This document shows positions 50,159 to 60,241 of a stretch of 64,000 nucleotides of DNA, in pieces. This DNA comes from an uncultured Caulobacteraceae bacterium (GTDB lineage Bacteria; Pseudomonadota; Alphaproteobacteria; Caulobacterales; Caulobacteraceae). The position numbers and the translations under genes are program-made. The notes beneath the pieces were generated by a model. That model made no database searches. It was not told the DNA's origin and saw only the letters and a list, made by a program, of their open reading frames with translations. The stretch's first letter is position 1. Every line of letters begins with the position of its first letter. The stretch is from positions 1,067 to 65,066 of the forward strand of contig CAIQDO010000170.1 in the NCBI GenBank assembly GCA_903870555.1. Reading direction: 5' to 3'.

Positions 50159-51607
50159 TCAGTTGGCGAGGCGACGCAGGAACGAGGGCATTTGCTGTTG
50201 TTCGAAGCCTTCTGTCTCGCTCTCCTCAAGGGGATCGGCGCCTCCCTGAGCGCCGCCGCCGCCGCGAGCCGGGACGGGCCGGGTGGTCTTGCGTCCGTGA
50301 CCGAACATTCTGAGGAATCCCGTCTTCTGACGGCCGCCTTCCGGATAGAGGCTTGGTCCGAACAGGGGCTCGTCATCGACGCCGGCCGCCAGAGGATCAA
50401 CGATTTTCTTGACCACAGGCGTGACGGTCACGGGAGGACGCACGAGGATAGGGGCGTCGAAGAGCATGCCATCGCCCACGGCGGCGACAGGGACAGGAGG
50501 CGGCGCGACGACCACGGGCTCGGGTTCGGCGAGCACGGTCTCCGGGACCGGCGTTGCGACGGCGGTGTGGCGGGGGGCCTCGACGGGGGCGCGGGTCGTT
50601 CTGGCCCGCAGTTCCTCGTGAGACTCGATGGCGGCGATGGAGGCGCCGTCCATGCCCGTGGCCACAACCGAGACGCGAACGACACCTTCGAGACTGGCGT
50701 CAAACGCGGCGCCGAAGATGATGTTGGCCTCCGGGTCGACCTGGCCGGAAATAGCGTTGGCGGCTTCGTCGACTTCCAGCAGCGTCATGTCGAGGCCGCC
50801 GGTGATGTTGACCAGAACGGCCTTGGCGCCCTTGAGGCTGACCTCGTCGAGCAGCGGGTTCTGAATGGCGTTCTCGGCCGCCATCAGGGCGCGCCCCTCG
50901 CCGCTGGCTTCGCCGGTGCCCATCATCGCCTTGCCCATCTCGCTCATCACCGTGCGGACATCGGCGAAGTCGAGGTTGATCAGGCCCGGAAGGACCATGA
51001 GGTCGGTGATCGACCGGACGCCGGAATGAAGCACCTGATCGGCCATGCTGAAAGCCTGGGAGAAGGTTGTCCGCTCGTTAGCGACACGGAACAGGTTCTG
51101 GTTGGGAATGACGATCAGGGTATCGACATAGCGCTGCAGCTCGGCGATGCCCGACTCGGCCAGACGCATGCGGTGGCGCCCCTCGAAGTGGAAGGGTTTT
51201 GTCACGACGCCGACGGTCAGGATGTTCCGCTCACGGGCGCATTTGGCGATGATGGGCCCCGCACCGGTGCCGGTGCCGCCGCCCATGCCGGCGGTGATGA
51301 ACACCATGTGGGCGCCGTCGAGATACTCGCCGATCTCGGCCGACGATTCCTCGGCCGCCGACATCCCGACTTCCGGGTGCGCGCCGGCGCCGAGGCCCTG
51401 GGTGATGTTCACGCCAAGTTGAATCCGACGATCGGTCTTGGAGATGGCAAGCTGCTGAGAGTCGGTGTTGGCCACAACGAACTCGACACCCTCCAGGCCA
51501 GCCTGGATCATGTTGTTGACGGCGTTGCCGCCAGCCCCGCCTACGCCGAACACCACGATACGCGGTTTCAATTCCGTGGTTTGGGGAGCAAAAACCTTGA
51601 ACGTCAT
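50159..51607 (-). CDS. ftsZ: Cell division protein FtsZ
   Basis: [27 protein letters not shown]; C-terminal PSFLRRLAN. Confidence 0.98.
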   Translation of the reverse strand: MTFKVFAPQTTELKPRIVVFGVGGAGGNAVNNMIQAGLEGVEFVVANTDSQQLAISKTDRRIQLGVNITQGLGAGAHPEVGMSAAEESSAEIGEYLDGAHMVFITAGMGGGTGTGAGPIIAKCARERNILTVGVVTKPFHFEGRHRMRLAESGIAELQRYVDTLIVIPNQNLFRVANERTTFSQAFSMADQVLHSGVRSITDLMVLPGLINLDFADVRTVMSEMGKAMMGTGEASGEGRALMAAENAIQNPLLDEVSLKGAKAVLVNITGGLDMTLLEVDEAANAISGQVDPEANIIFGAAFDASLEGVVRVSVVATGMDGASIAAIESHEELRARTTRAPVEAPRHTAVATPVPETVLAEPEPVVVAPPPVPVAAVGDGMLFDAPILVRPPVTVTPVVKKIVDPLAAGVDDEPLFGPSLYPEGGRQKTGFLRMFGHGRKTTRPVPARGGGGAQGGADPLEESETEGFEQQQMPSFLRRLAN

Positions 51608-51701
51608 TGGAACTCCGCAGCCTCCGTGGTGGGTGGTCTCTCAGCGCCCGAACGCCTTCGGGTCGCCTCGATGGATGACCCTGACTGAGCAACCACGATC
51701 C

Positions 51702-51717
51702 TTAATCTTGGGTTAAC
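51702..51717. promoter_or_regulatory. CtrA binding site in the ftsZ promoter
   Basis: Exact TTAA-N7-TTAAC (TTAATCTTGGGTTAAC), about 95 bp upstream of ftsZ. Confidence 0.88.
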
Positions 51718-51727
51718 TGCATATGCT

Positions 51728-51733
51728 GAGTCG
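51728..51733 (-). promoter_or_regulatory. CGACTC (GANTC) CcrM/GcrA-type motif in the ftsZ promoter
   Basis: CGACTC on the minus strand, 10 nt upstream of the CtrA box; same motif class as reported for Caulobacter ftsZ. Confidence 0.7.
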
Positions 51734-52018
51734 GGCCGCCGTCGACTATCCGTCGATCATCTGCGGACGGAAAAAGTCAGCCCCTCCAACGGCCGCCCCG
51801 GCCGATGGGTCAAACCTTCGTCGACGCGGTGAATCTGTTGACGGAACCTCAGGTCGGCGACGATTTTCGGGCGTCCGTGATCGATCGCGCGCCCAGCCTG
51901 TCCGCCGATGGCATGACAGGTCACAACAGCAACGGCGGCAGGAAAACGAAGCCCTGATATCGAACTGATTTCACCGCCAAACCGGCCTCAACCGAAAAGC
52001 TTAGCTTCAACTTCCGAT

Positions 52019-53365
52019 CTACAGATTGTTCCTCAGCCAGACCGCCGCCCTGGTCACGACGTTCGCGTTCGGATCGATCGGTCGAGGCGCGCGACCGCCG
52101 TGGTCTTGGCGGCAGGCGCCAAGTTCCTTCGGTCCGAACGCCGCCCGCTGCAAGACTCCGGCCGCGGCGCAGAAACCCGGACCCGCGGCGGCGTCGGCGA
52201 GGTGAGGAATGCGTCCGGGCCGTCCCATACGGACGCTGCGATCGAACACCCGGGTGGCCACCTCGCGCACGCCCGCAAGCTGGCTGGCTCCGCCGATAAG
52301 CACCACCCCCGCGCCGGGCTGAAGAACCCCGGCCGCCTTCAATCGCTCGTTGATGATCTCAAGGGTTTCCTCGACCCGAGGCGCAATGATGCCTTTGAGC
52401 ATGGAGCGTGGCGCCGTCACCGGCCCGGCGCCAGGATCGTCCCCGCGTGGCGGGGCCTCGATCATCTCGCGATCCTCGTTGGCCGAGGCGATGGCGGAGC
52501 CATGGAGGGTCTTGATGCGCTCAGCGCCACTGATGGAGGTCGTCAGTCCCTGGGCGACGTCCGTGGTGACATGCGCGCCGCCGAGCGGGATGCTGTCGAC
52601 GTGGATCAGGGCGCCGCCGCTGAACACCGCCACGGACGTCGATCCGCCGCCCATGTCGATGCAGATGGCGCCGAGCTCCATCTCGTCGGCCTCAAGCGCC
52701 GCCAAGGCCGAAGCGTAGGGCGCCGCCATGACGCCCTCGAATTCAAGGTGCGCGCGCTCCACGCAATGGACCAGGGTCTGGTAGAACCCCTCCTGCATCG
52801 ACACCGCCAGCATATCGAGGCCCAACGATCGCCCCGACAGCCCGCGAGGGTCCGTCACATGGCCCTGACCGTCAACCGACCAGGAGATCGGGCGCATGTG
52901 GACCACCCGTCGGCGGGCCAGTCGCAAATTGGCGCCGGCCTGGGCGATGGCCCGATTCTGGTCGACGTCGGAGATGGGCTTGCCGCCAACCGCCAACTTG
53001 GCGGACACCCTGTGGCTGGCAAGTTGGCCGCATGCGGTAACGATCGTCACCCCCTGGATATCCAGTCCCGCCATGGCCTCGGCCCGCTCCACGGCCTGAG
53101 CGATGGCCCGCGACGCTTCGGCTACGTCGACGATGGCGCCGGCACGCACGCCGCGCGATTGCACGTAGGCCACTCCAGCCGTGGAAAGGGTTCTCTCGCC
53201 CCGGCGCACGCCATCGGATTTCAGGATGAAACAGGCGACCTTGGATGCGCCCAGGTCGACCGCGGCAAACACAGGGGGCCGCCCGAGACCGAGCTTCAGC
53301 CCCTCGCGTCCATCGCGTCTTCCGGCGGCCAGGGGCGCGCGTCGATCCATTACAGCCTGCATCAT
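52019..53365 (-). CDS. ftsA: Cell division protein FtsA
   Basis: VDLGASKV, IDMGGGST, AERIKTLHG, GGASQL; amphipathic tail AAVWLRNNL. Confidence 0.96.
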   Translation of the reverse strand: MMQAVMDRRAPLAAGRRDGREGLKLGLGRPPVFAAVDLGASKVACFILKSDGVRRGERTLSTAGVAYVQSRGVRAGAIVDVAEASRAIAQAVERAEAMAGLDIQGVTIVTACGQLASHRVSAKLAVGGKPISDVDQNRAIAQAGANLRLARRRVVHMRPISWSVDGQGHVTDPRGLSGRSLGLDMLAVSMQEGFYQTLVHCVERAHLEFEGVMAAPYASALAALEADEMELGAICIDMGGGSTSVAVFSGGALIHVDSIPLGGAHVTTDVAQGLTTSISGAERIKTLHGSAIASANEDREMIEAPPRGDDPGAGPVTAPRSMLKGIIAPRVEETLEIINERLKAAGVLQPGAGVVLIGGASQLAGVREVATRVFDRSVRMGRPGRIPHLADAAAGPGFCAAAGVLQRAAFGPKELGACRQDHGGRAPRPIDPNANVVTRAAVWLRNNL

Positions 53366-54318
53366 TGTTTCCCCACGAGACTCGGCGCGGGCGCGGCGAC
53401 GGCGGCGGTCGCCGGTCGAAGCACCGTAAAGTGTTGATTGCGAAGATCGATACGCGCCAGACCCAGATCCAGAACCCTGGCGGTCCGATCCAGCCTGTCG
53501 AGGCGTTCCAGGGCCGCGGGCTCGCCCGACGACGGCAGCAGAATCACGCCATGGTCGTGAAGGAGGATGTCCCAGCGCCGCCCGTCCACCCGCCGAAGCG
53601 CCATCATGCGCGACGACAGGCGGGGATAGTGGGCGATCTGGTCGACCAAACCCTGAAAGCCGGTATTGCCGCCAGGCCCGATGACCAGCGGCAGGGTATG
53701 GAAGGCGTCGGGATCGACTCCCGCGATCACCGCACCCCCGGCCGCGATGACGTGGCGCCGATGGTCGACCTGCCAGATCGCCGCGAGAGGACGCTGATCT
53801 ACGGAGATCAGGATGGTGTCGGGCAGCATCCGCATCACACGAGCCCGCCCCACCCAGCCGACGTTTTCAACCCGGCCGCGAATGGCCCGCAGATCGAGAT
53901 CGAAAATCGGGGCGCCCCGCGGTATGGCCGCCGCCTTGAGGATTTCGCCCTGGGCCGCCATGGAGGCTCCCTGGAGGCGAACGCTACCCACCTTGAACCC
54001 TAGACTGGCGAAACCGCCATCGAACAGGCGCGGCGAGCCAACGACCAAACGCCCCCCACCCTGGGCGACCTGAACCGCGGCGGCGACAAGCCGTTCGCCC
54101 CGCCCGCCGGTCGCGAGCGCGGCCACCAGGATAAGGGCCGCCAGCAGGGCGGCGACGGCCGCCGCCGCGCGCGCGCCGACTCCGACGGTCCGTGCGGCGC
54201 GCAGCTTCGAAGGCACGGGACTCGCGGGTCGCCGCGGGCGCGGTTTCGCGCGATCAGCCGCCGAAGCGGCCCGTGATCTGGCGCCGGCCCGCCGTTCCCC
54301 CACCGCCGCCGCGGGCAT
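53362..54318 (-). CDS. ftsQ: Cell division protein FtsQ
   Basis: Basic N-terminus, one TM helix, POTRA domain ([15 protein letters not shown]), RRWDI, IDLR. Start ATG 54318. Confidence 0.93.
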   Translation of the reverse strand: MPAAAVGERRAGARSRAASAADRAKPRPRRPASPVPSKLRAARTVGVGARAAAAVAALLAALILVAALATGGRGERLVAAAVQVAQGGGRLVVGSPRLFDGGFASLGFKVGSVRLQGASMAAQGEILKAAAIPRGAPIFDLDLRAIRGRVENVGWVGRARVMRMLPDTILISVDQRPLAAIWQVDHRRHVIAAGGAVIAGVDPDAFHTLPLVIGPGGNTGFQGLVDQIAHYPRLSSRMMALRRVDGRRWDILLHDHGVILLPSSGEPAALERLDRLDRTARVLDLGLARIDLRNQHFTVLRPATAAVAAPAPSLVGKQ

Positions 54319-55231
54319 GCCCATCCTCCGTGATCCACAACACCAGGTCATCGAACCCGACACCGACGTGGGCCGCCTGCTCGGGCGCGAGCGAGGTGGC
54401 GGTCATCCCCGGCTGGGTATTGACCTCCAAAAGGACCAGAAGGGCGTTAACGTCGTCATAACGAAAATCACTTCTCGTCATGCCCTGGCACCCAAGGGCG
54501 CGATGAGCGAGCAAGGCTTGGCTCTTGGCCCTCTCCGCAATCGCCTCCGGGATCGCGGCCGGCAGGATGTGGGTCGACCCGCCCTCCCCGTACTTGGCGT
54601 CGTAGTCGTAAAAACCGGTGCGCGCCTCGATCTGGGTGACGGTCAAGGCCCGGTCGTCCAACACCGTCACCGCCAGTTCAAGCCCGGCCACATAGGGTTC
54701 GACCATCACCTCATCGCCGAAGGACCAGTCGGGCGCCAGCAGAGCCGCTGGCGGACCGTTTGCGCCTTCGAACACCCGGAACACGCCGACCGACGAGCCT
54801 TCGGCGTTCGGCTTGACCACGTAGGGCGGGGGCAGGACGTGGCGGCGTCCGACCTCGTAGCGGTTGAACAACCCGCCGCCGGGCACCTGCACGCCGGCGG
54901 CCGACAGCACCGCCTTGGCCTTGGCCTTGTCCATCGCCAGGGCCGACGCCAACACGCCCGAGTGGGTGTAGGGGATGGCGAGGGTTTCCAACACGCCCTG
55001 CACACAGCCGTCCTCGCCCCAAGCCCCGTGGAGGGCGTTGAAGCAGACGTCGGGTCGATTCTCGGCCAGGACCATCGCCAGATCGCGCCCGGCGTCCACC
55101 CGGGTCACACGCGCGCCCAGGCGTTCCAGCGCTTCAGCGCAGGCCGCCCCGGACGTCAGGCTGACCTCCCGTTCGGCTGACAGGCCGCCCATCAGCACCG
55201 CCACGTGTCGACCGGTGAGAGGAAGGGTCAT
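54254..55231 (-). CDS. ddl: D-alanine--D-alanine ligase
   Basis: [46 protein letters not shown]. Start ATG 55231. Confidence 0.96.
   Translation of the reverse strand: MTLPLTGRHVAVLMGGLSAEREVSLTSGAACAEALERLGARVTRVDAGRDLAMVLAENRPDVCFNALHGAWGEDGCVQGVLETLAIPYTHSGVLASALAMDKAKAKAVLSAAGVQVPGGGLFNRYEVGRRHVLPPPYVVKPNAEGSSVGVFRVFEGANGPPAALLAPDWSFGDEVMVEPYVAGLELAVTVLDDRALTVTQIEARTGFYDYDAKYGEGGSTHILPAAIPEAIAERAKSQALLAHRALGCQGMTRSDFRYDDVNALLVLLEVNTQPGMTATSLAPEQAAHVGVGFDDLVLWITEDGHARGGGGGTAGRRQITGRFGG
54446..54462. promoter_or_regulatory. CtrA-like box inside the ddl 3' end (ftsQA promoter region)
   Basis: GTTAA-CGTCGTC-ATAAC, i.e. TTAA-N7-(A)TAAC with one mismatch, about 130 bp upstream of ftsQ; local codons are unusually AT-ending. 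Confidence 0.65.
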
Positions 55232-56151
55232 GGGCGCTCCATTGACGGGGTCTGGCGACCGATGCGCTTGACTTCCCATTCCAAGGCGACGTCGAACCTG
55301 GCGCGCACGTCTTCGCGCACCCGTTCGCCGAGCGCCTCAAGGTCGGCCGCGGTGGCATCGCCGGTGTTGATCAGGAAGTTCGCGTGTTGCGGCGAGAACA
55401 TCGCCCCGCCCAACGGCCGGCCTCGCCAACCCGCCGCGTCGACAAGTCGCCAGGCCGAGTCGCCCGGAGGATTCTTGAACGTCGACCCCCCCGTCTTCTC
55501 ACGAATGGGTTGGGTGGTCTCTCGGCGGCGGGTGATGGTGGTCATCGCCGCCTCGATGGTTTCGTGATCGCCCGGTCGTCCGCGGAACACGGCGCCGGTC
55601 CAGATGATGTCGGCGGGCGCGCGGCTGCTTCGGTAGCCGTAAGCGAAATCGGCGCGGGTGAACACGCGCTTGGCCCCAGCCCTGTCCACGCCCCAGGCGA
55701 CCTCGAGCCAGTCACCGGTTTCGCCGCCATAGCAGCCGGCGTTCATGGTCAGGGCGCCGCCGACCGTGCCCGGTATGCCTGCATAGAACTCCAGTCCGCC
55801 GACCCCGGCGGCGGCGGCGGCGCGGGCCACCGCCGAATCCAGCGCCGCCGCCCCGGCCATCACCCGGCTTTCCTCGGGCTCGATGGCGATCTCGGTAAAG
55901 GTCCGGCCCGCCAGCCGGATCACGACACCCTCGACGCCGCCGTCGCGAATGATCACATTCGACCCGACGCCAAGCACCGTCACGGGGATCTCGCCTGGCA
56001 GGCCACGCAGCAGGACCGCCAGATCCTCCTCGTCCGCCGGCAGAAACAGGATGTCGGCGGGCCCGCCGACCCTCAGCCAGGTGAACGGGGCCAGGGGTTC
56101 GTCGCGAAGCAGCCGCCCGCGGACCGCCGGCAGATCGTCCCGCCAGGTCAC
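55228..56151 (-). CDS. murB: UDP-N-acetylenolpyruvoylglucosamine reductase
   Basis: [48 protein letters not shown]. Confidence 0.96.
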   Translation of the reverse strand: MTWRDDLPAVRGRLLRDEPLAPFTWLRVGGPADILFLPADEEDLAVLLRGLPGEIPVTVLGVGSNVIIRDGGVEGVVIRLAGRTFTEIAIEPEESRVMAGAAALDSAVARAAAAAGVGGLEFYAGIPGTVGGALTMNAGCYGGETGDWLEVAWGVDRAGAKRVFTRADFAYGYRSSRAPADIIWTGAVFRGRPGDHETIEAAMTTITRRRETTQPIREKTGGSTFKNPPGDSAWRLVDAAGWRGRPLGGAMFSPQHANFLINTGDATAADLEALGERVREDVRARFDVALEWEVKRIGRQTPSMERP

Positions 56152-57572
56152 GTCGCGCCCGCGGCCGCCAGGGCGTCGAGCTGGCCCGGCAGGGCGTAGG
56201 CCCAGGCCGTGATATCCCCGGCGCCAAGGAAGATCACCAGATCGCCCGGCTTCGCCTCTGCGGCGACGATGGCCGGCAGATCACCCGGCGACCCGAGCGC
56301 CGTTACATGGCGATGTCCATGGCGGCGAACCCCCTCGACCAGGGCGTCCCTGTTGATCCCCTCAATCGCGGCCTCCCCGGCAGGATAGACCGGGGCGACG
56401 ACCACCATGTCGGCGTCGTTGAAACAGCGGCAGAAGTCCTGAAACAGGTCGCGCAGACGCGAAAATCGATGGGGCTGGACCACGGCCATGACCCGACCGG
56501 CGGTCATCGACCGGGCCGCCGCCAACACGCTGGCGATCTCCACCGGGTGGTGCCCATAGTCATCGATCACGCGCACGCCGCCCGATACGCCGGTGGTGGT
56601 GAACCGCCGCCGGACCCCGCCGAATCCGGCGAGACCGCGACGGATGTCATCGGTCGACACGCCCAGCTCCCGGGCCACGGCGATCGCGGCGAGAGCGTTG
56701 AGCACGTTGTGCAGGCCGGCCATGGGCATGCTCAGCCCGACCAGGGTTTCCCGCGACTCGTCATGGGCGGTCACCTGCACGTCGAAACTGGCGCCTTCAG
56801 GGCCCATGGCGATGTTGAGCGCCCGAATCTCGGCCTGAGGATTGACGCCGTAAGTGATCAACCGCCGGTTCTCGATCTCGGCGGCGAGGTCCTGCACCAC
56901 CGGGTGATCGATGCACAGAACGCCGAAACCGTAGAACGGAATGTTCTGGACGAAATCCCGAAACGCCGCCTTGAGCGTGTCGAAATCGCCGTGGTGATCC
57001 AGGTGTTCGGGATCGATGTTGGTGACCACCGCGACCGTCGATCGCAGCTTCAGGAAGGTGCCGTCGCTCTCGTCGGCCTCGACCACGATCCATTCGCCGC
57101 CGCCGACCTTGGCGTTGGCGCCATAGGCGTTGATGATGCCGCCATTGACCACCGTTGGATCGAGGTCGCCGGCGTCGAGCAGCGCCGCCACCATCGAGGT
57201 GGTGGTGGTCTTGCCGTGGGTTCCGCCGACGGCCACCGACAGCAACAGGCGCATCAGTTCGGCCAGCATCTCGGCCCGACGGACCAGCGGCGTTCGGTTC
57301 GCCCGCCCCGCGGTCATTTCGGCGTTATCCGGTTTTATGGCGCTGGAATAGACGATCGCCGCCGCGCCAAGGATGTTGTCCGGATGATGCCCGATAAAGA
57401 TCTTCGCGCCGAGTCCACGAAGTCGCTCGGTGTTGGCGCTTTCGCGAGCGTCGGAGCCCTGAACGGTATACCCGCGGCGCAGCATGATCTCGGCGATGCC
57501 GCTCATGCCAATGCCGCCGATGCCGATGAAATGGACGGGACCAAGGTCGAAGGGCGCGGGACGGCGATGCAT
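56148..57572 (-). CDS. murC: UDP-N-acetylmuramate--L-alanine ligase
   Basis: [40 protein letters not shown]. Confidence 0.97.
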   Translation of the reverse strand: MHRRPAPFDLGPVHFIGIGGIGMSGIAEIMLRRGYTVQGSDARESANTERLRGLGAKIFIGHHPDNILGAAAIVYSSAIKPDNAEMTAGRANRTPLVRRAEMLAELMRLLLSVAVGGTHGKTTTTSMVAALLDAGDLDPTVVNGGIINAYGANAKVGGGEWIVVEADESDGTFLKLRSTVAVVTNIDPEHLDHHGDFDTLKAAFRDFVQNIPFYGFGVLCIDHPVVQDLAAEIENRRLITYGVNPQAEIRALNIAMGPEGASFDVQVTAHDESRETLVGLSMPMAGLHNVLNALAAIAVARELGVSTDDIRRGLAGFGGVRRRFTTTGVSGGVRVIDDYGHHPVEIASVLAAARSMTAGRVMAVVQPHRFSRLRDLFQDFCRCFNDADMVVVAPVYPAGEAAIEGINRDALVEGVRRHGHRHVTALGSPGDLPAIVAAEAKPGDLVIFLGAGDITAWAYALPGQLDALAAAGAT

Positions 57573-57588
57573 CGCGCGGAGCTATCCC

Positions 57589-57618
57589 AAAACCACGCCC
57601 CGGCAAAGAGCCGGGGCG
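57589..57618 (-). terminator. Terminator-like hairpin between the PEP-CTERM genes and murC
   Basis: Minus strand CGCCCCGGC-TCTTT-GCCGGGGCG followed by TGGTTTT. Confidence 0.6.
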
Positions 57619-57630
57619 CCATTGCCGGTG

Positions 57631-58446
57631 TCACACCGCGCGAAGAGCCACCCGGCGCCGCATGGCCGCGCCGATCAAGCCGAAACCCGCAAGCATAATC
57701 GCCCAGGACGCGGGCTCGGGAACGTCATCGTCGATGGCGACGCCGCCGATATTGAGCCCGGAAATGGCCAGGCCGGTCTGGTAAGCGGTGTCCGCCCAAT
57801 TGCTCACGCCGAACACCAGTTGGTAATTTCCGCTTGTCGGGACGGTATAACTCGATCCGATCCAACCGGTAAGGCCGCAGCCTGGGCCGTAGCATTGGCC
57901 TGAATCGGCGCCGAGAGGCGACCAGATCGGTCCGCCAGCGATGTCAGTGCCCAGGGTGATTGGGGCCGATGATGGCGACAAAATCACACCTGGGGCGATC
58001 CCCGGCATATCCACACCCGGCACGATTGTGCCGCTGGGTTCCGTGCGGGCGGTGAAGATCGTGGTCACCGCGCTCGTGTCAAGGTTGATGAGTTCCGCGT
58101 AGGCGTAATCCTGATAGACGAAGCCGGTGGCCCGATTGCTGGGATCCTGGCCGTCCGAGGTGACAAAGTTGAAATTGTAGGACAGGGACTGGCCTGCCGT
58201 GGCCGAAAAAACGCCGGTGGTGAGGGACGATCCATTTGTGCCGCCGACTGCACCGATCTGGCCGGCGCCGGTGGTACCCGCGTTGGTGGAGATCCAGGTG
58301 TAGGCGCCGCCGCCGGGGGCCCCCGCCACGTCTCCGTCCGCGCCGGTGATCACGCCACATGTGCCCACACAGGTGGCGGCCGACGCGGCCGACGCTCCGA
58401 GACACAGGGCCAGGGCGGCGGTCGCCGCCAAGATCGAAGCTCTCAT
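57631..58446 (-). CDS. PEPxxWA-CTERM surface protein 1
   Basis: SD GAAAGGA, ATG 58446, signal peptide; Gly/Thr-rich domain with four Cys; tail VPEPASWAIMLAGFGLIGAAMRRR. Core resembles the NF038132-type family as I recall it (unverified). Confidence 0.9.
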   Translation of the reverse strand: MRASILAATAALALCLGASAASAATCVGTCGVITGADGDVAGAPGGGAYTWISTNAGTTGAGQIGAVGGTNGSSLTTGVFSATAGQSLSYNFNFVTSDGQDPSNRATGFVYQDYAYAELINLDTSAVTTIFTARTEPSGTIVPGVDMPGIAPGVILSPSSAPITLGTDIAGGPIWSPLGADSGQCYGPGCGLTGWIGSSYTVPTSGNYQLVFGVSNWADTAYQTGLAISGLNIGGVAIDDDVPEPASWAIMLAGFGLIGAAMRRRVALRAV

Positions 58447-58495
58447 GCGGAATTCCTTTCGCTCGTTGTACGTCCAAAGTCCGACGCGTCGTTGA

Positions 58496-58519
58496 ATCGA
58501 CCGCACAGTGTCGGTCGAT
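58496..58519. other. Intergenic hairpin between the two PEP-CTERM genes
   Basis: ATCGACCG-CACAGTGT-CGGTCGAT; no U tract. Confidence 0.5.
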
Positions 58520-58520
58520 C

Positions 58521-59633
58521 TCAATGGACGGTGACGGATGTCCGGCGGCGGGTTCTGGCCATCCCGCCGATCCCACCGATCCCGATCAGCATCAGGGCCC
58601 AGGTCGCCGGTTCGGGGACCGCGCCAGCCCCGAAGTTAAGCGCGGCGTTCTGGGCGCCGATGAACGCGCCGACTTCGCCGGGCGCCGCATTGCTGTCGCC
58701 AAGACTCGGCAGAGCCTGATTGTCCGCGGCGCTATAGGCGCCGATGTATTTGTAGAATTCGTACCGCCGGATGACCGCGTCGGCGCCGGCGCCAACCGGA
58801 GCGGCTCCGCCGTTGTCGAGGATGCCCGACAGGGGATTGCCCGGGTCGGTCTGGAGCAGTTGCCATTCCATCTCGGTATTGGCCGCCGCCTGCTGGACCA
58901 GGGCGTTGTCGCCGACCAGTTGGTTCAGGTTAACCCCGCCGCTGACTTCGGTGGTGAACACCTTGACCCAGACGGCCGTCCCGAACTGGGGATCAAGGTT
59001 CGGCTCGGGCGGCGGGGGCGGCGGAGCTTGGACCTGAGCGACCACCACCGGCGGCGGAGCGGGAAGGCCGGGAGCAGGCGGCGCCTGCGGTGTCACTGTC
59101 CAGGTTGGGGCAAGGACGTTGGACACGGCGCCGACGAGCGTCGACGAGCCCGGCGTCGACTCCACGAGCCATTGATAGGACGTCTTGGTAGGGTTGGCCT
59201 TCAGGCCCACGCCGAAGTGGTCGCACGGAGTCGAGGGACCGTAGCCGGAGCCGCCACCGGTCCAGCAGCTTTCGCCGGGTGTGCTGTAGACGCCCGAGGG
59301 GGTGCCGATCCAACTTGACGACGCGCCGCTCAGATTCGCCAGGTATGTCACCTTGACGCCGAACACGCCGCCGCTCGAATATTCGGTGATCGTCGGCGAC
59401 CCGTAGCGTTCGACGGTTGGCGAAAAGCCGCGTCCCAGCCCGCCGAAGGTGTCGGTCACGTCGCTGGCGTGGACGCCTTGGAGGTCGATCTCGAAGCCGT
59501 GGGCGATCTGTCCGGTGTCGTTAACCGCGTCGAAATTGCCGAGCGATCCGAAGATCGAGGTGGCGCCAGCGCTGTTGGCCATCAGCGCGGCGAGGGCGGC
59601 GCCAGCCAGTGAGGCGGTTCGAAGGATCGACAT
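58521..59633 (-). CDS. PEPxxWA-CTERM surface protein 2
   Basis: SD GAGGAG, signal peptide, Pro-rich linker, tail VPEPATWALMLIGIGGIGGMARTRRR. Confidence 0.92.
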   Translation of the reverse strand: MSILRTASLAGAALAALMANSAGATSIFGSLGNFDAVNDTGQIAHGFEIDLQGVHASDVTDTFGGLGRGFSPTVERYGSPTITEYSSGGVFGVKVTYLANLSGASSSWIGTPSGVYSTPGESCWTGGGSGYGPSTPCDHFGVGLKANPTKTSYQWLVESTPGSSTLVGAVSNVLAPTWTVTPQAPPAPGLPAPPPVVVAQVQAPPPPPPEPNLDPQFGTAVWVKVFTTEVSGGVNLNQLVGDNALVQQAAANTEMEWQLLQTDPGNPLSGILDNGGAAPVGAGADAVIRRYEFYKYIGAYSAADNQALPSLGDSNAAPGEVGAFIGAQNAALNFGAGAVPEPATWALMLIGIGGIGGMARTRRRTSVTVH

Positions 59634-59668
59634 TGTTGCTCCTCAGGCACAATTCCGGAGTGCGCGTC

Positions 59669-59684
59669 CGCAGCCCGCACGCCA
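59669..59684 (-). promoter_or_regulatory. Candidate sigma54 (-24/-12) promoter for the PEP-CTERM genes
   Basis: TGGCGTGCGGGCTGCG with correct GG-N10-GC spacing, about 36 nt upstream of the ATG; the match outside GG/GC is imperfect. Confidence 0.5.
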
Positions 59685-59721
59685 TTCCATGCCTAGAAGA
59701 CGACGCCGGCCTCGCGGCCCC

Positions 59722-60240
59722 TCAAATCCAGATGGAATTAAATTTCCATCCCGCAACATTGCGACTGGTTCGCGGCACGGCGACTTCCTCAGCGGGAGGC
59801 GGCTGTCCGAGACGATCCTCGAGATAGAAAATCCGCGTCGCCGTAATCAGGATCAGAGGGAGAAGATTGGCGCCGAACGCGCCCGCTGGACCTAGCAACA
59901 AGGCGGACGCCTAAGCCACGAATATGGTGGTCACTGGCGGAAGGTAGACCGCCTCATACTTCACGATCGGGGTGATGAAGGTCCTTCGATGGTGTGAACA
60001 CCCCAGAACATCAACCCGGTGAAAATCGCCAGTTGCGGCGACGTCGTCAAGGCCACCAGCACGGCCGGGACCGCGGCAAGGATCGCCCCGAAATAGGAAA
60101 TAAAGGTCAGCAAAGCGCCGCTAAGGCCAAGCAGTAACGCCGCCGGGATGCCGAGCAGAGCAAGGCCCGCGCTGGCCGGCACGCCGATCGCGGTGATGAC
60201 GACCAATCGGCTCACCAGCCAACACCGCAGGACCTGGCCA
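59722..60240 (-). pseudogene. AI-2E family transporter remnant (C-terminal half)
   Basis: LRCWLVSRL...FISYFGAILAAVPAVLVAL...HTIEG, then a 1-nt frameshift near 59982 to TFITP...LPPVTTIFVA, in-frame TAG at 59913-59911, then TRIFYLEDRLG. No N-terminal half. Confidence 0.82.
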
Positions 60241-60241
60241 C

